Program-made: the position numbers and the translations under genes
Shown: one piece after another, positions 9,789 through 17,196 of the stretch
How the letters are laid out: each line of letters begins with the position of its first letter
Numbering within the stretch: position 1 is the stretch's first letter
Notes under the pieces: generated by a model
Database searches by the model: none
Seen by the model: the letters and a program-made list of their open reading frames with translations, nothing else
What the model was told of the DNA's origin: nothing
Source: an uncultured bacterium
Lineage (GTDB): Bacteria; Patescibacteriota; Patescibacteriia; SG8-24; DYFX01
Direction: 5' to 3'
Assembly: GCA_937900255.1 (NCBI GenBank)
Contig: CALCDZ010000003.1
Location: forward strand, 63,149 to 127,148
DNA length: 64,000 nucleotides

Positions 9789-11441
9789 ATGTCCCTGTCA
9801 AGCATCGTCGCGAATACCATCCTGTTGGCGCCGACGCAGATCACGAACCTCACCTCCGCAGTCGCCGTCTTCACGCTCGGCCTCTTCATCTACCTGCGTG
9901 ATCGCCGCAATCTGGTCCACCGTCTTGCGCTTGCGATGGCCATGTCCCTCGGGTTCTGGGCGATGTCATCGACGCTCTCGGACGTGATGCATGAACCGGC
10001 CCCGGCATTGTTCTGGGCGAGAGCTTCCATCATCGGCCCGTTCTTTTTCCCTGCCGTCTTCCTGATCTTTTCATACTACTTCCCGAAGGCAAACGGCCGC
10101 ATGCGTTGGTGGAAGGCGGCGCTCATCCTGCTCCCGAGCCTTCTCGTCTTGTCCGTGCTCCGCACCGATTTCAATATCGTTTCGGTCACGTTGGCGGATT
10201 GGGGCACTGATTTCACCCCAGGCCTCCTGTACCCGATCGGCATACTCTACCAGGTGCTTTATACGGCGTTATCGGCCGTTCAGCTCGTTCGGGCCAGGCG
10301 GGAGAACCGTGACGGGGTCGTCCGCACGCAGATCTCCCTCGTGCTCTTCATGATCGTCCTCGTGACGTTCTGCCAGTTCTTCATCAATGCGCTTCTGCCG
10401 ACGGTTTTCGGATACACCAAGGCCACGGTCTTCGGCCCGGCGACCTCGTTCTTTTTCGTGCTCGTGCTGAGCTATACGATCTTCAGGCATGGTCTCATGA
10501 ACCTGAAGGTCATCGCGACCGAAACGTTCGCGATGCTGCTCGGCTTCATCGGCTTCGTGCAGATCTTCTGGGCGAGTTCGATCTTCGAATTCGTGTCTAG
10601 GCTCGTCACGTTGGTCGTCACGGTCATCGTCGGCATCCTCCTCATCCGCAGCGTCCGTACCGAAGTCCGTCGCCGCGAGGAAGTCCAGCATCTAGCCTCG
10701 GAACTCGCCGCCGGCAACAAGCGGTTGCGCGCGCTCGACGACCTCAAGACCACGATGGTCTCGATCGCCTCGCACCAGATCCGCGGACCGCTCGGCGGCA
10801 TCCGCGGTTACCTCTCGATGTTCCGCGACGGCGACCTCGGCCCGCTGACGGAGAAGCAGAAGGAGATCGTGACGCTCAACCTGAACGTGACGACGCGGCT
10901 CCTGAACGCCGTCGAGACGTTCCTGGACATCACGAAGCTCGAGTCCGGCAAGATGACGCTCCGCAAGGAAGTCCTGCCGCTGGACGGGGCGGTGGCGGAC
11001 GTCGTCGAGGAGTTCAAGCTGCCTGTCTCGAAGAAGGGATTGGCGCTTGAGCTCAAGTTCGAATGCCCGCGCCCGCTCCTGATCGATTTCGATCCCGAAA
11101 AGATCAAGCACGTGATCTTCAACCTGATCGACAACGCCATGAAATACACGGAGCAGGGGACCATCTCCGTGCGCCTTCGCCGCGACGGCGACGAAGCGGT
11201 CTTCGAGGTCGCCGATACCGGCATGGGCATCGCGCCGGAAGACGCGGCGCGCCTGTTCGGGAAATACGAGCGCGGGGAACTGGTCATCGATCGCGGAGGC
11301 TCCGGCCTCGGCCTGTACGTCGTGAAGATGTTGACCGAAATGCAGGGCGGCCGCGTCTGGGCGGCCTCTTCCGGCATCGGGAAGGGCTCGGTGTTCGGCG
11401 TCGGATTGCCGATCGCCCGGAGTTTTGACCCGCGCGCCTGA
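9789..11441 (+). CDS. Sensor histidine kinase with N-terminal 7TM (HisKA_7TM-like) domain
   Basis: Multiple TM helices; H-box SIASHQIRGPL; N-box NLIDNAMKYT; DTGMGI; GGSGLGLY. Confidence 0.93.
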   Translation: MSLSSIVANTILLAPTQITNLTSAVAVFTLGLFIYLRDRRNLVHRLALAMAMSLGFWAMSSTLSDVMHEPAPALFWARASIIGPFFFPAVFLIFSYYFPKANGRMRWWKAALILLPSLLVLSVLRTDFNIVSVTLADWGTDFTPGLLYPIGILYQVLYTALSAVQLVRARRENRDGVVRTQISLVLFMIVLVTFCQFFINALLPTVFGYTKATVFGPATSFFFVLVLSYTIFRHGLMNLKVIATETFAMLLGFIGFVQIFWASSIFEFVSRLVTLVVTVIVGILLIRSVRTEVRRREEVQHLASELAAGNKRLRALDDLKTTMVSIASHQIRGPLGGIRGYLSMFRDGDLGPLTEKQKEIVTLNLNVTTRLLNAVETFLDITKLESGKMTLRKEVLPLDGAVADVVEEFKLPVSKKGLALELKFECPRPLLIDFDPEKIKHVIFNLIDNAMKYTEQGTISVRLRRDGDEAVFEVADTGMGIAPEDAARLFGKYERGELVIDRGGSGLGLYVVKMLTEMQGGRVWAASSGIGKGSVFGVGLPIARSFDPRA

Positions 11442-11507
11442 CGGCTGCTACAATTGCCGAGCAATCCACAGCCTGCCTTTCTTAACGCTCATAAATCCCT
11501 TGGAGGT

Positions 11508-11975
11508 ATGTTCAAGAACGAGAAAGAGATGACGCTCGGACAGGAGACCGAAACCGTGATCGCGCCGTCCGTCCGCGTCGAGGGCGATTTCGTGAGCGAA
11601 GGCAACGTCCGCATCGAAGGCCACGTGACCGGTTCCATCTCCACGGGCAGCGACCTGTCCGTCGGGCAGGCGGCGGTCATCAATGCCAACGTCCAGGCGC
11701 GCAACGCGGTCCTGGCCGGCGAGCTGCACGGCAACGTGCGCGTCTTCGACCGCCTCGAACTGTCCGCGACCGCCCGCATCTACGGCGACATCCAGGCCAA
11801 GGTCCTCTCCGTCGCTCCGGGCGCGATGATGCGCGGCCAGCTCGTAATCGGTCTCGAAGTGCCTCCGGTCGAGAAGGTCGAGGCCGCGGGACATGCCTCC
11901 GAAGAGCGGCCCTCCTCCGGTCTCCGCGCGCGCAGCCTGCGCGAGAAGAAGATCGAGGAGATCCTCCAACAGTAA
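11508..11975 (+). CDS. Bactofilin (polymer-forming cytoskeletal protein)
   Basis: ETVIAPSVRVEGDF...VRIEGHVTGSI...ARIYGDI...LSVAPGA beta-helix pattern; TGCTACAAT -10 at 11446-11454. Confidence 0.9.
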   Translation: MFKNEKEMTLGQETETVIAPSVRVEGDFVSEGNVRIEGHVTGSISTGSDLSVGQAAVINANVQARNAVLAGELHGNVRVFDRLELSATARIYGDIQAKVLSVAPGAMMRGQLVIGLEVPPVEKVEAAGHASEERPSSGLRARSLREKKIEEILQQ

Positions 11976-12024
11976 GCGGACCGGTTCGACGCATCCTGCA
12001 GCTTACGGTCATAAGCGCCGAACG

Positions 12025-12804
12025 ATGTACACGTACGTCTACGACACCTTCGTCACCGACAAGAAGCACGAGCGGGCCCTTTCGCGCGTCGAGACGCGGC
12101 TGACGGATTTGGGCATCAGCGGACGCATCGAGCGCCTCACGATGTTCAAGAACGTCCGCGAGATCGTGGCGGACGCGGCAGGTCAGGGGTGCGAGACGAT
12201 CGTCGCCGTCGGGAACGACGAGACGGTCGGCCGCCTGATCGATGCGGTCGGCGAGTTCGACATGGCTTTCGGCATCGTGCCGGTGGGGGAAGGCCCGCAC
12301 GGGATCGCCTCCATGCTCGGGATCGACGAGTGTGCCGAAGCCTGCAACATCCTGTCACGGCGGGTGCTCCAGACGATCGACCTCGGGCGGATCAACGACC
12401 ATTACTTCCTCTCGTCCGTCCTGATCCCGCGCACCCGCGCCGCCATTTCCTGCAACGGCCAATACAGCGTGATCCCGACGGAAGACAACGAGATCCAGGT
12501 CTGCAACCTCGCCCCGATGGCTGTCGACGCCGCCGGCGCCACGACTTTCAGCTCCCCGCGCGACGGTTTCCTCGAGACGGTCTTCCAGCCGTCTTCTCCG
12601 CGCGGGATTTTTTCCAGGCTGTTCCGCTCGGCCGAACCACCGCCGCCGGCGACCATCGTTCCGGTCCGTACTCTGCGCCTGAAGCATCATCAGCCCGTCA
12701 CCGTCATCCGCGACGGCCAGCGCCTCTCGTCGACCACCTTGGACATCGAGATCCTGCCGAAGAAGCTGCGCGTCATCACCGGGAAGGATCGGAAATTCGA
12801 ATGA
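12025..12804 (+). CDS. Diacylglycerol kinase catalytic domain-like protein (degenerate GGDG motif)
   Basis: IVAVGNDETV, FGIVPVG..IASMLGI, IDLGRINDHYF, DG..., IEILPKKLRVI. Confidence 0.75.
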   Translation: MYTYVYDTFVTDKKHERALSRVETRLTDLGISGRIERLTMFKNVREIVADAAGQGCETIVAVGNDETVGRLIDAVGEFDMAFGIVPVGEGPHGIASMLGIDECAEACNILSRRVLQTIDLGRINDHYFLSSVLIPRTRAAISCNGQYSVIPTEDNEIQVCNLAPMAVDAAGATTFSSPRDGFLETVFQPSSPRGIFSRLFRSAEPPPPATIVPVRTLRLKHHQPVTVIRDGQRLSSTTLDIEILPKKLRVITGKDRKFE

Positions 12805-12813
12805 CCGCCACGG

Positions 12814-12839
12814 ACCCTCCGGAATGCCCGGAGGGTTTT
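12814..12839 (+). terminator. Intrinsic terminator
   Basis: ACCCTCCGG-AATGC-CCGGAGGGT followed by TTT. Confidence 0.6.
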
Positions 12840-12866
12840 GGTATCGGCCGCCTTCCCGGCCGGGGG

Positions 12867-12895
12867 TTGACAAAAGGCCTGAAATATGGTAGGTT
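12867..12895 (+). promoter_or_regulatory. sigma70 promoter
   Basis: TTGACA-17 nt-TAGGTT with TG extension. Confidence 0.6.
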
Positions 12896-12956
12896 GATGC
12901 ATCACCAAACTCGTCCGGTACGGCGCATCCCGCGTCGTCCGGAGAAAGGCCTTCCC

Positions 12957-13583
12957 GTGTCCAAGAACGTCCTTTTCGCTCTCATCACCGCCCTCTTCAC
13001 TTCCGCATGCGGCGTCTCGCCCGCCGGTTCGTCCGGCGGCGGTTCCGGCTCAGGGACCGATGGAGGTAGCGGTCAAGGTTCCTCTTGCGTGACGGACGTC
13101 GCCGCCCAGGTCTGGGGCGGCCCCGGTCGCCCCGAGGAATTCGCGAAGATCCACGGCGATGTCGCTTTGGGGAACGATCTCGAGATCAGGGTGGGGGACT
13201 TCGTCCTCCGGCTGTACTCGAAGACGGCGGACTTCCCCACCTCGTTGACGTCGATGCCGGCGAGCGTCGACGTCACGGTCGACTTCTCGAAGCAGAACGA
13301 CACGATGACGTGCGGCGGCTGCCTCGTCATGTACGATGGCGACCCTGCCGATCCCGGAGCCTGGCGGTACTTCGCTCAATCGGGCAAGCTGCACATCACC
13401 AAGCTCGCGAAGGGCCCCAGCGGCTTCAAGGCCGTCATGACCGACGTCCTCCTGAAGCACGTGATGTTCACTTCCGGTGCCATGAGTGCGGCTCCCGACG
13501 GCTGTACGGCACGCATTCCGAGCGTCACGATCGACGCGGTCGTCAACTACCTGACCGACCAGATCACTCCGCGCACCTTCTAG
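12957..13583 (+). CDS. Putative lipoprotein (myxobacteria-like)
   Basis: GTG start after GGAGAAAGG; lipobox FTSAC; Gly/Ser linker; TCGGCLVMY...YFAQSGKLHIT motif. Confidence 0.7.
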   Translation: MSKNVLFALITALFTSACGVSPAGSSGGGSGSGTDGGSGQGSSCVTDVAAQVWGGPGRPEEFAKIHGDVALGNDLEIRVGDFVLRLYSKTADFPTSLTSMPASVDVTVDFSKQNDTMTCGGCLVMYDGDPADPGAWRYFAQSGKLHITKLAKGPSGFKAVMTDVLLKHVMFTSGAMSAAPDGCTARIPSVTIDAVVNYLTDQITPRTF

Positions 13584-13610
13584 AGCTTCTCATCCGCCGC
13601 TCCGAGAACC

Positions 13611-13637
13611 GACCGGCTGCATCTCATGCAGCCGGTC
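13611..13637 (+). terminator. Perfect 12-bp hairpin, likely terminator
   Basis: GACCGGCTGCAT-CTC-ATGCAGCCGGTC. Confidence 0.55.
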
Positions 13638-13665
13638 TTCAAATTCAGGAAGAAAACGGCGCAAA

Positions 13666-13695
13666 CAAAAACCCCTTCGGTTGAAGGGGTTTTTG
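13666..13695. terminator. Bidirectional terminator downstream of tRNA-Leu
   Basis: AAAAACCCCTTC-GGTT-GAAGGGGTTTTT. Confidence 0.75.
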
Positions 13696-13782
13696 TGGTG
13701 CAGTCGGAGAGACTTGAACTCTCAAGCCCTTGCGGGCGCTACCACCTCAAGGTAGTGCGTCTGCCAATTTCGCCACGACTGC
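13696..13782 (-). tRNA. tRNA-Leu(GAG)
   Basis: Reverse complement GCAGTCGTGGCGAAATTGGCAGACG...CTACC-TTGAGGT-GGTAG, long variable arm, TTCAAG T-loop, CCA end; upstream TTGCCA-17-TAGAGT promoter. Confidence 0.96.
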
Positions 13783-13909
13783 GGAACGGGAGCACTCTAC
13801 CGCAACCGCCGGAGGTTGGCAAGTCCCATCGCGGCGTGGTGGCCGCCCTCTTCCTTCCCTTGCCTGGAACGTATATGCTTTGGGAAGCTTAATGATTGAA
13901 CAGTAGCCT

Positions 13910-14116
13910 ATGAACGAAAGGATGCCGATGAACGAACAGTCGGAGGTCGACCGGTTGTCGGACGAGCTCAGGAGACTGAATCGCGATATCGGAGACGCAT
14001 ACCTGGGCGAGGGTGCCGGAGCGCACTTGAGCGGCGCGGAACTGAAGGAACTTGAAGCGCGGCGCGACGCGTTGGAGGAGCGATTGAGAGAGATGGGCGT
14101 GGAAGTTCCCGAGTGA
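13910..14116 (+). CDS. Small coiled-coil hypothetical protein
   Basis: 68-aa charged helical ORF, TATG start, followed by a terminator. Confidence 0.5.
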   Translation: MNERMPMNEQSEVDRLSDELRRLNRDIGDAYLGEGAGAHLSGAELKELEARRDALEERLREMGVEVPE

Positions 14117-14133
14117 AAAACTTTTCCAAAAAC

Positions 14134-14160
14134 GAAAACAGCCCTTGCGGGCTGTTTTTC
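14134..14160. terminator. Bidirectional terminator
   Basis: AAAACAGCCC-TTGC-GGGCTGTTTT between convergent genes. Confidence 0.75.
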
Positions 14161-14171
14161 GCGGATGCCGA

Positions 14172-14435
14172 TTACTGGCGCTCCGGGCGGGGCTGGGCTT
14201 CGTTCAGGGCGACCGGACGACCGACAATTTCCTTGCCGTTCATGTCCGCGATCGCCGCGGCGGCCTCCTCAGCGGAGGACATCTCGACGAAGCCGAAACC
14301 GCGCTTGCGACCGGTCATACGGTCGACCGGGATGAACACGGAGACGACCGTACCGAACGGGGCGAAGGCGGCTTTGAGGTCGTCCTCGGTGGCCTGGAAA
14401 GACAGGCTACCGACGAAGATCTTGGCGCTGGCCAT
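14172..14435 (-). CDS. RRM (RNP-1) RNA-binding protein
   Basis: RNP2 IFVGSL, RNP1 RGFGFVEM, C-terminal NEAQPR. Confidence 0.93.
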   Translation of the reverse strand: MASAKIFVGSLSFQATEDDLKAAFAPFGTVVSVFIPVDRMTGRKRGFGFVEMSSAEEAAAAIADMNGKEIVGRPVALNEAQPRPERQ

Positions 14436-14558
14436 ACTCGTTGGGCTTAGCGTGTGAATAAAAGGTTCGGACCTTTCACTCGTCTTTCGCACTGTGCCGA
14501 ACGCGGTGTGGGCTCGCGCCTGACCTCGATCTAGCGTGCTACGTACGCGTGTAAGGGT

Positions 14559-14587
14559 AGACTACACGAACCGACATGATTTGTCAA
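14559..14587 (-). promoter_or_regulatory. sigma70 promoter for the RRM gene
   Basis: Minus strand TTGACA-17 nt-TAGTCT. Confidence 0.65.
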
Positions 14588-14597
14588 TACGTCGCCC

Positions 14598-14626
14598 TTG
14601 CCTGTCAAGAGGCCGACAGGTAGGCT
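14598..14626 (+). promoter_or_regulatory. sigma70 promoter for tRNA-Val
   Basis: TTGCCT-17 nt-TAGGCT. Confidence 0.5.
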
Positions 14627-14645
14627 GTTCCCGTAGCGCATGCGC

Positions 14646-14720
14646 GGGCGCGTAGCTCAACGGCAGAGCATCTGCTTTACACGCAGAGGGTTCAAGGTTC
14701 GAGTCCTTGCGCGCCCACCA
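14646..14720 (+). tRNA. tRNA-Val(TAC)
   Basis: GGGCGCGTAGCTCAACGGCAGAGC...TCTGC-TTTACAC-GCAGA...GGTTCGAGTCC...CCA. Confidence 0.96.
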
Positions 14721-14831
14721 AGAGAGACGGCCTTGCGCCGCCTTTTTTGTCGCTTGACCCCGTGACCTGCCGCGTGATACGAAAAAGAGGCACGAGTCCC
14801 TGCCCTCAACCCGTATGAAAGGTCCTTTCAC

Positions 14832-15317
14832 ATGCCCACGCTCACGAAGGCCGTCCTCCCCGCCCAGAGCAATGTCTGGCAACGCAGCGCGGACACGATC
14901 CTGATGGTACTGGCCGCCGTCACCGGGATCTCGCTGTGCTTGAACTACAGCCTCATCAAGGCGCGCCACAGCTGGCAGCGCTCCTTGCCCGTCGTGAACG
15001 GCGGCCGTGCCTTGTCCGGCTGGGAGGTCGACGGGCCGCCGTCGGTCGCGCCCCCGTCCAGCTCCGAGGAGTTCTTCTCGGCCTTCGTCGGCGAGCGGGA
15101 ACCGCTTCCTGCCGACATGCCTGATCTGGATGGTCTTGCGCTCGTCCCGTCGACGTCTGGCGATCTCGGGATCGGACGCTTCGCCCGCCGCTTCGATCTC
15201 GATTTCCGTCCGATCCTGGGACGCAGCTTCTACGTGCGCAACCTCGTTCCTCATGCCTGCCGCATCAGGTCGCTGACCCTTCCGTACGGCAGCAGCCGGC
15301 GCTTCTACAACCGCTGA
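14832..15317 (+). CDS. Hypothetical protein with one TM helix
   Basis: Fills the gap after tRNA-Val; hydrophobic segment ILMVLAAVTGISLCL. Confidence 0.45.
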   Translation: MPTLTKAVLPAQSNVWQRSADTILMVLAAVTGISLCLNYSLIKARHSWQRSLPVVNGGRALSGWEVDGPPSVAPPSSSEEFFSAFVGEREPLPADMPDLDGLALVPSTSGDLGIGRFARRFDLDFRPILGRSFYVRNLVPHACRIRSLTLPYGSSRRFYNR

Positions 15318-15376
15318 TCATCGCGATCCGCGGTCTTTTTATCCCCGGCTCGCTGGCTGTGCTATACTGCTTCCAT

Positions 15377-15640
15377 ATGATTGGACGCATCCTCGGAGGA
15401 CTGGTCGCGGCCGCCGTCGGCTTCCTCATGGTCTGGAAGTCCGATTTCTTCGCCGAGACGTTCGGATCGATTTCGACCTGGGCCGACACGCATCTTGGCG
15501 GCATGCGCGTGGTCTATAAGCTCATCGGCTGCCTGGTCATCTTCGTCGCGTTCCTGGTCATCACGGACTTGCATGCCGTCTTTTTCCGCGCAGTCTTCGG
15601 CAGCCTCTTCGGCGTGCCGGCGGACGCGACGGGGAACTGA
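15377..15640 (+). CDS. Small membrane protein
   Basis: Two TM helices; TGCTATACT extended -10 8 nt upstream of ATG. Confidence 0.7.
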   Translation: MIGRILGGLVAAAVGFLMVWKSDFFAETFGSISTWADTHLGGMRVVYKLIGCLVIFVAFLVITDLHAVFFRAVFGSLFGVPADATGN

Positions 15641-15641
15641 T

Positions 15642-16193
15642 ATGGACTATCTTCCGACCGGCCGGGCGCTCATCGATCCCTTCAACGCCTTGGAGAAGGC
15701 CGGCATCCGCGAGGAGATGCGGGTGGCGGATTTCGGCGTCGGGACGGTCGGGCATTTCCTGTTTCCGGCCGCCAAGCTGATCGGGCCGAAAGGCCACGTC
15801 TACGGCGTCGACGTGCTGCAATCGGTCCTGCAGGCCAACCAGAGCCGCATCAAGCTGGCCGGAGCCGGCAACATCGAGCTGGTCTGGGGCGACTTCGAAC
15901 GCGTCGGCGGGTCCCGCCTGCCGGACAACTCGATGGACATGGTCGTGATGGTCAATGTCCTGCATGTCGTGAATCGGGCGACGGCGCTGCAGGAAGCCAA
16001 GCGCGTGCTCGCGACCGGCGGGGCGCTGCTCATCGTCGAATGGAAGGCGGCAGGCACGCTGATCGGACCGTCTCCGGAAAAAAGGATCCCTAAGGAAGAC
16101 GCCTCGGCCGCGGCGGAACGGGAGGGGTTCCTGCCCGTGCAGGCTTTCGAAGCCGGTCCTAGCCATTACGGCCTGGTCCTAAGGAAGCCCTAG
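15642..16193 (+). CDS. Class I SAM-dependent methyltransferase
   Basis: VADFGVGTVG, VYGVD, DMVVMVNVLH, KRVLATGGALLIVEW. Confidence 0.85.
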   Translation: MDYLPTGRALIDPFNALEKAGIREEMRVADFGVGTVGHFLFPAAKLIGPKGHVYGVDVLQSVLQANQSRIKLAGAGNIELVWGDFERVGGSRLPDNSMDMVVMVNVLHVVNRATALQEAKRVLATGGALLIVEWKAAGTLIGPSPEKRIPKEDASAAAEREGFLPVQAFEAGPSHYGLVLRKP

Positions 16194-16263
16194 CCGCCCG
16201 GACCGGGGCTTGCGTGACGGCGGCGCATCGTCTACCCTTTCAGCGTTATCGTCACTTCTGACT

Positions 16264-16668
16264 ATGCCTATCCTCACTTGGTCGTACTGGTTCGATCTGC
16301 AGGCACGGGAACTCATGCCTTCCGTCAAGCTCGCGCTGCTCGTCCTCTTCGCCCTCCTGTTCGCGTCCGGAATCTTCGCCGCCGTGATGGCCGGACGGAA
16401 ATCCGCGCGCATGTCCTGGGCCGAAGGCGGCAAGCGCTTCTCCTCGATGGCGCTCTGGCTCGGCGCGTTCGGCCTGCTGCTCGTGTTCTTCACGCACGAG
16501 CTGGCGTATTTCTTCGGCGCGCGCTTCTGGTACCTGGTCTGGCTCCTCCTGTTCCTCATCCAGTCCATCCGTCTCGCCAAGTTCCTGTTGGTCGACCTGC
16601 AGGAGAAGAAAGCGAGTCACGACGCCAAGGCCCGCATCGACAAGTGGCTGCCGCAGCCCAAGAAATAG
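16264..16668 (+). CDS. Hypothetical membrane protein (3 TM)
   Basis: Hydrophobic helices; YFFGARFW; basic C-terminus KWLPQPKK. Confidence 0.75.
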   Translation: MPILTWSYWFDLQARELMPSVKLALLVLFALLFASGIFAAVMAGRKSARMSWAEGGKRFSSMALWLGAFGLLLVFFTHELAYFFGARFWYLVWLLLFLIQSIRLAKFLLVDLQEKKASHDAKARIDKWLPQPKK

Positions 16669-16674
16669 CGGACG

Positions 16675-16696
16675 AAACCGGGGCGACCCGGTTTTT
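16675..16696 (+). terminator. Intrinsic terminator
   Basis: AAACCGGG-GCGA-CCCGGTTT followed by TT. Confidence 0.7.
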
Positions 16697-16736
16697 CGTT
16701 TGACAACGAGCGGCCGTTCCTGGCAGGAGGGGGGAT

Positions 16737-17108
16737 ATGCAGACCGAACGCCGACGGCTGGGCAACGAAGGGGAGGATCTCGCGGCCGCGTATCTGGAGT
16801 CCAAGAAGTATCGCATCCTGGCGCGGCAGGCGGGCATTCCGAGAGTGGGGGAGATCGACCTCATCGCCTACGACCCGCGCGGCGGCGAGATCGTCTTCGT
16901 GGAGGTGAAGACGCGGCGCGATTTGCGGTATGGGCCTCCGGAGGAGGCTGTGCATCCCCGCAAGCTGCTTCGGCTGATGCGCGTGGCTGAGCTGTGGCGC
17001 ATGCGCATGAAGCTGTATGATCGGCCATGGCGGCTCGACGTGGTGGCGATCGAGCTGGTTTCGGAGCGGCCGGTCATCCGGCATTTGGAAGCGGTGCCGC
17101 TCGCTTGA
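16737..17108 (+). CDS. yraN: YraN (UPF0102) family endonuclease-like protein
   Basis: LGNEGEDLAAAYL, GEIDLIA, IVFVEVKTR, PEEAVHPRK, RLDVVAI. Confidence 0.9.
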   Translation: MQTERRRLGNEGEDLAAAYLESKKYRILARQAGIPRVGEIDLIAYDPRGGEIVFVEVKTRRDLRYGPPEEAVHPRKLLRLMRVAELWRMRMKLYDRPWRLDVVAIELVSERPVIRHLEAVPLA

Positions 17109-17115
17109 GCCGTTG

Positions 17116-17144
17116 TTGACGCCTGCCGTTGCTGATGCTATACT
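17116..17144 (+). promoter_or_regulatory. nusA promoter
   Basis: TTGACG-17 nt-TATACT with TG extension. Confidence 0.75.
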
Positions 17145-17156
17145 GCGTATGTTAGA

Positions 17157-17183
17157 CCAGCCTCATGACAGGCTGGCCTTTTT
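17157..17183 (+). promoter_or_regulatory. Terminator-like hairpin in the nusA leader (candidate attenuator)
   Basis: CCAGCCT-CATGAC-AGGCTGG-CC-TTTTT between promoter and ATG. Confidence 0.55.
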
Positions 17184-17196
17184 ACTACCAAAAAGT

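Noticed and set aside
12189-12956. N-terminal extension of the 464-aa ORF
   Set aside because: Overlaps the DAGK-like gene out of frame and crosses a terminator and promoter; the real start is GTG 12957.
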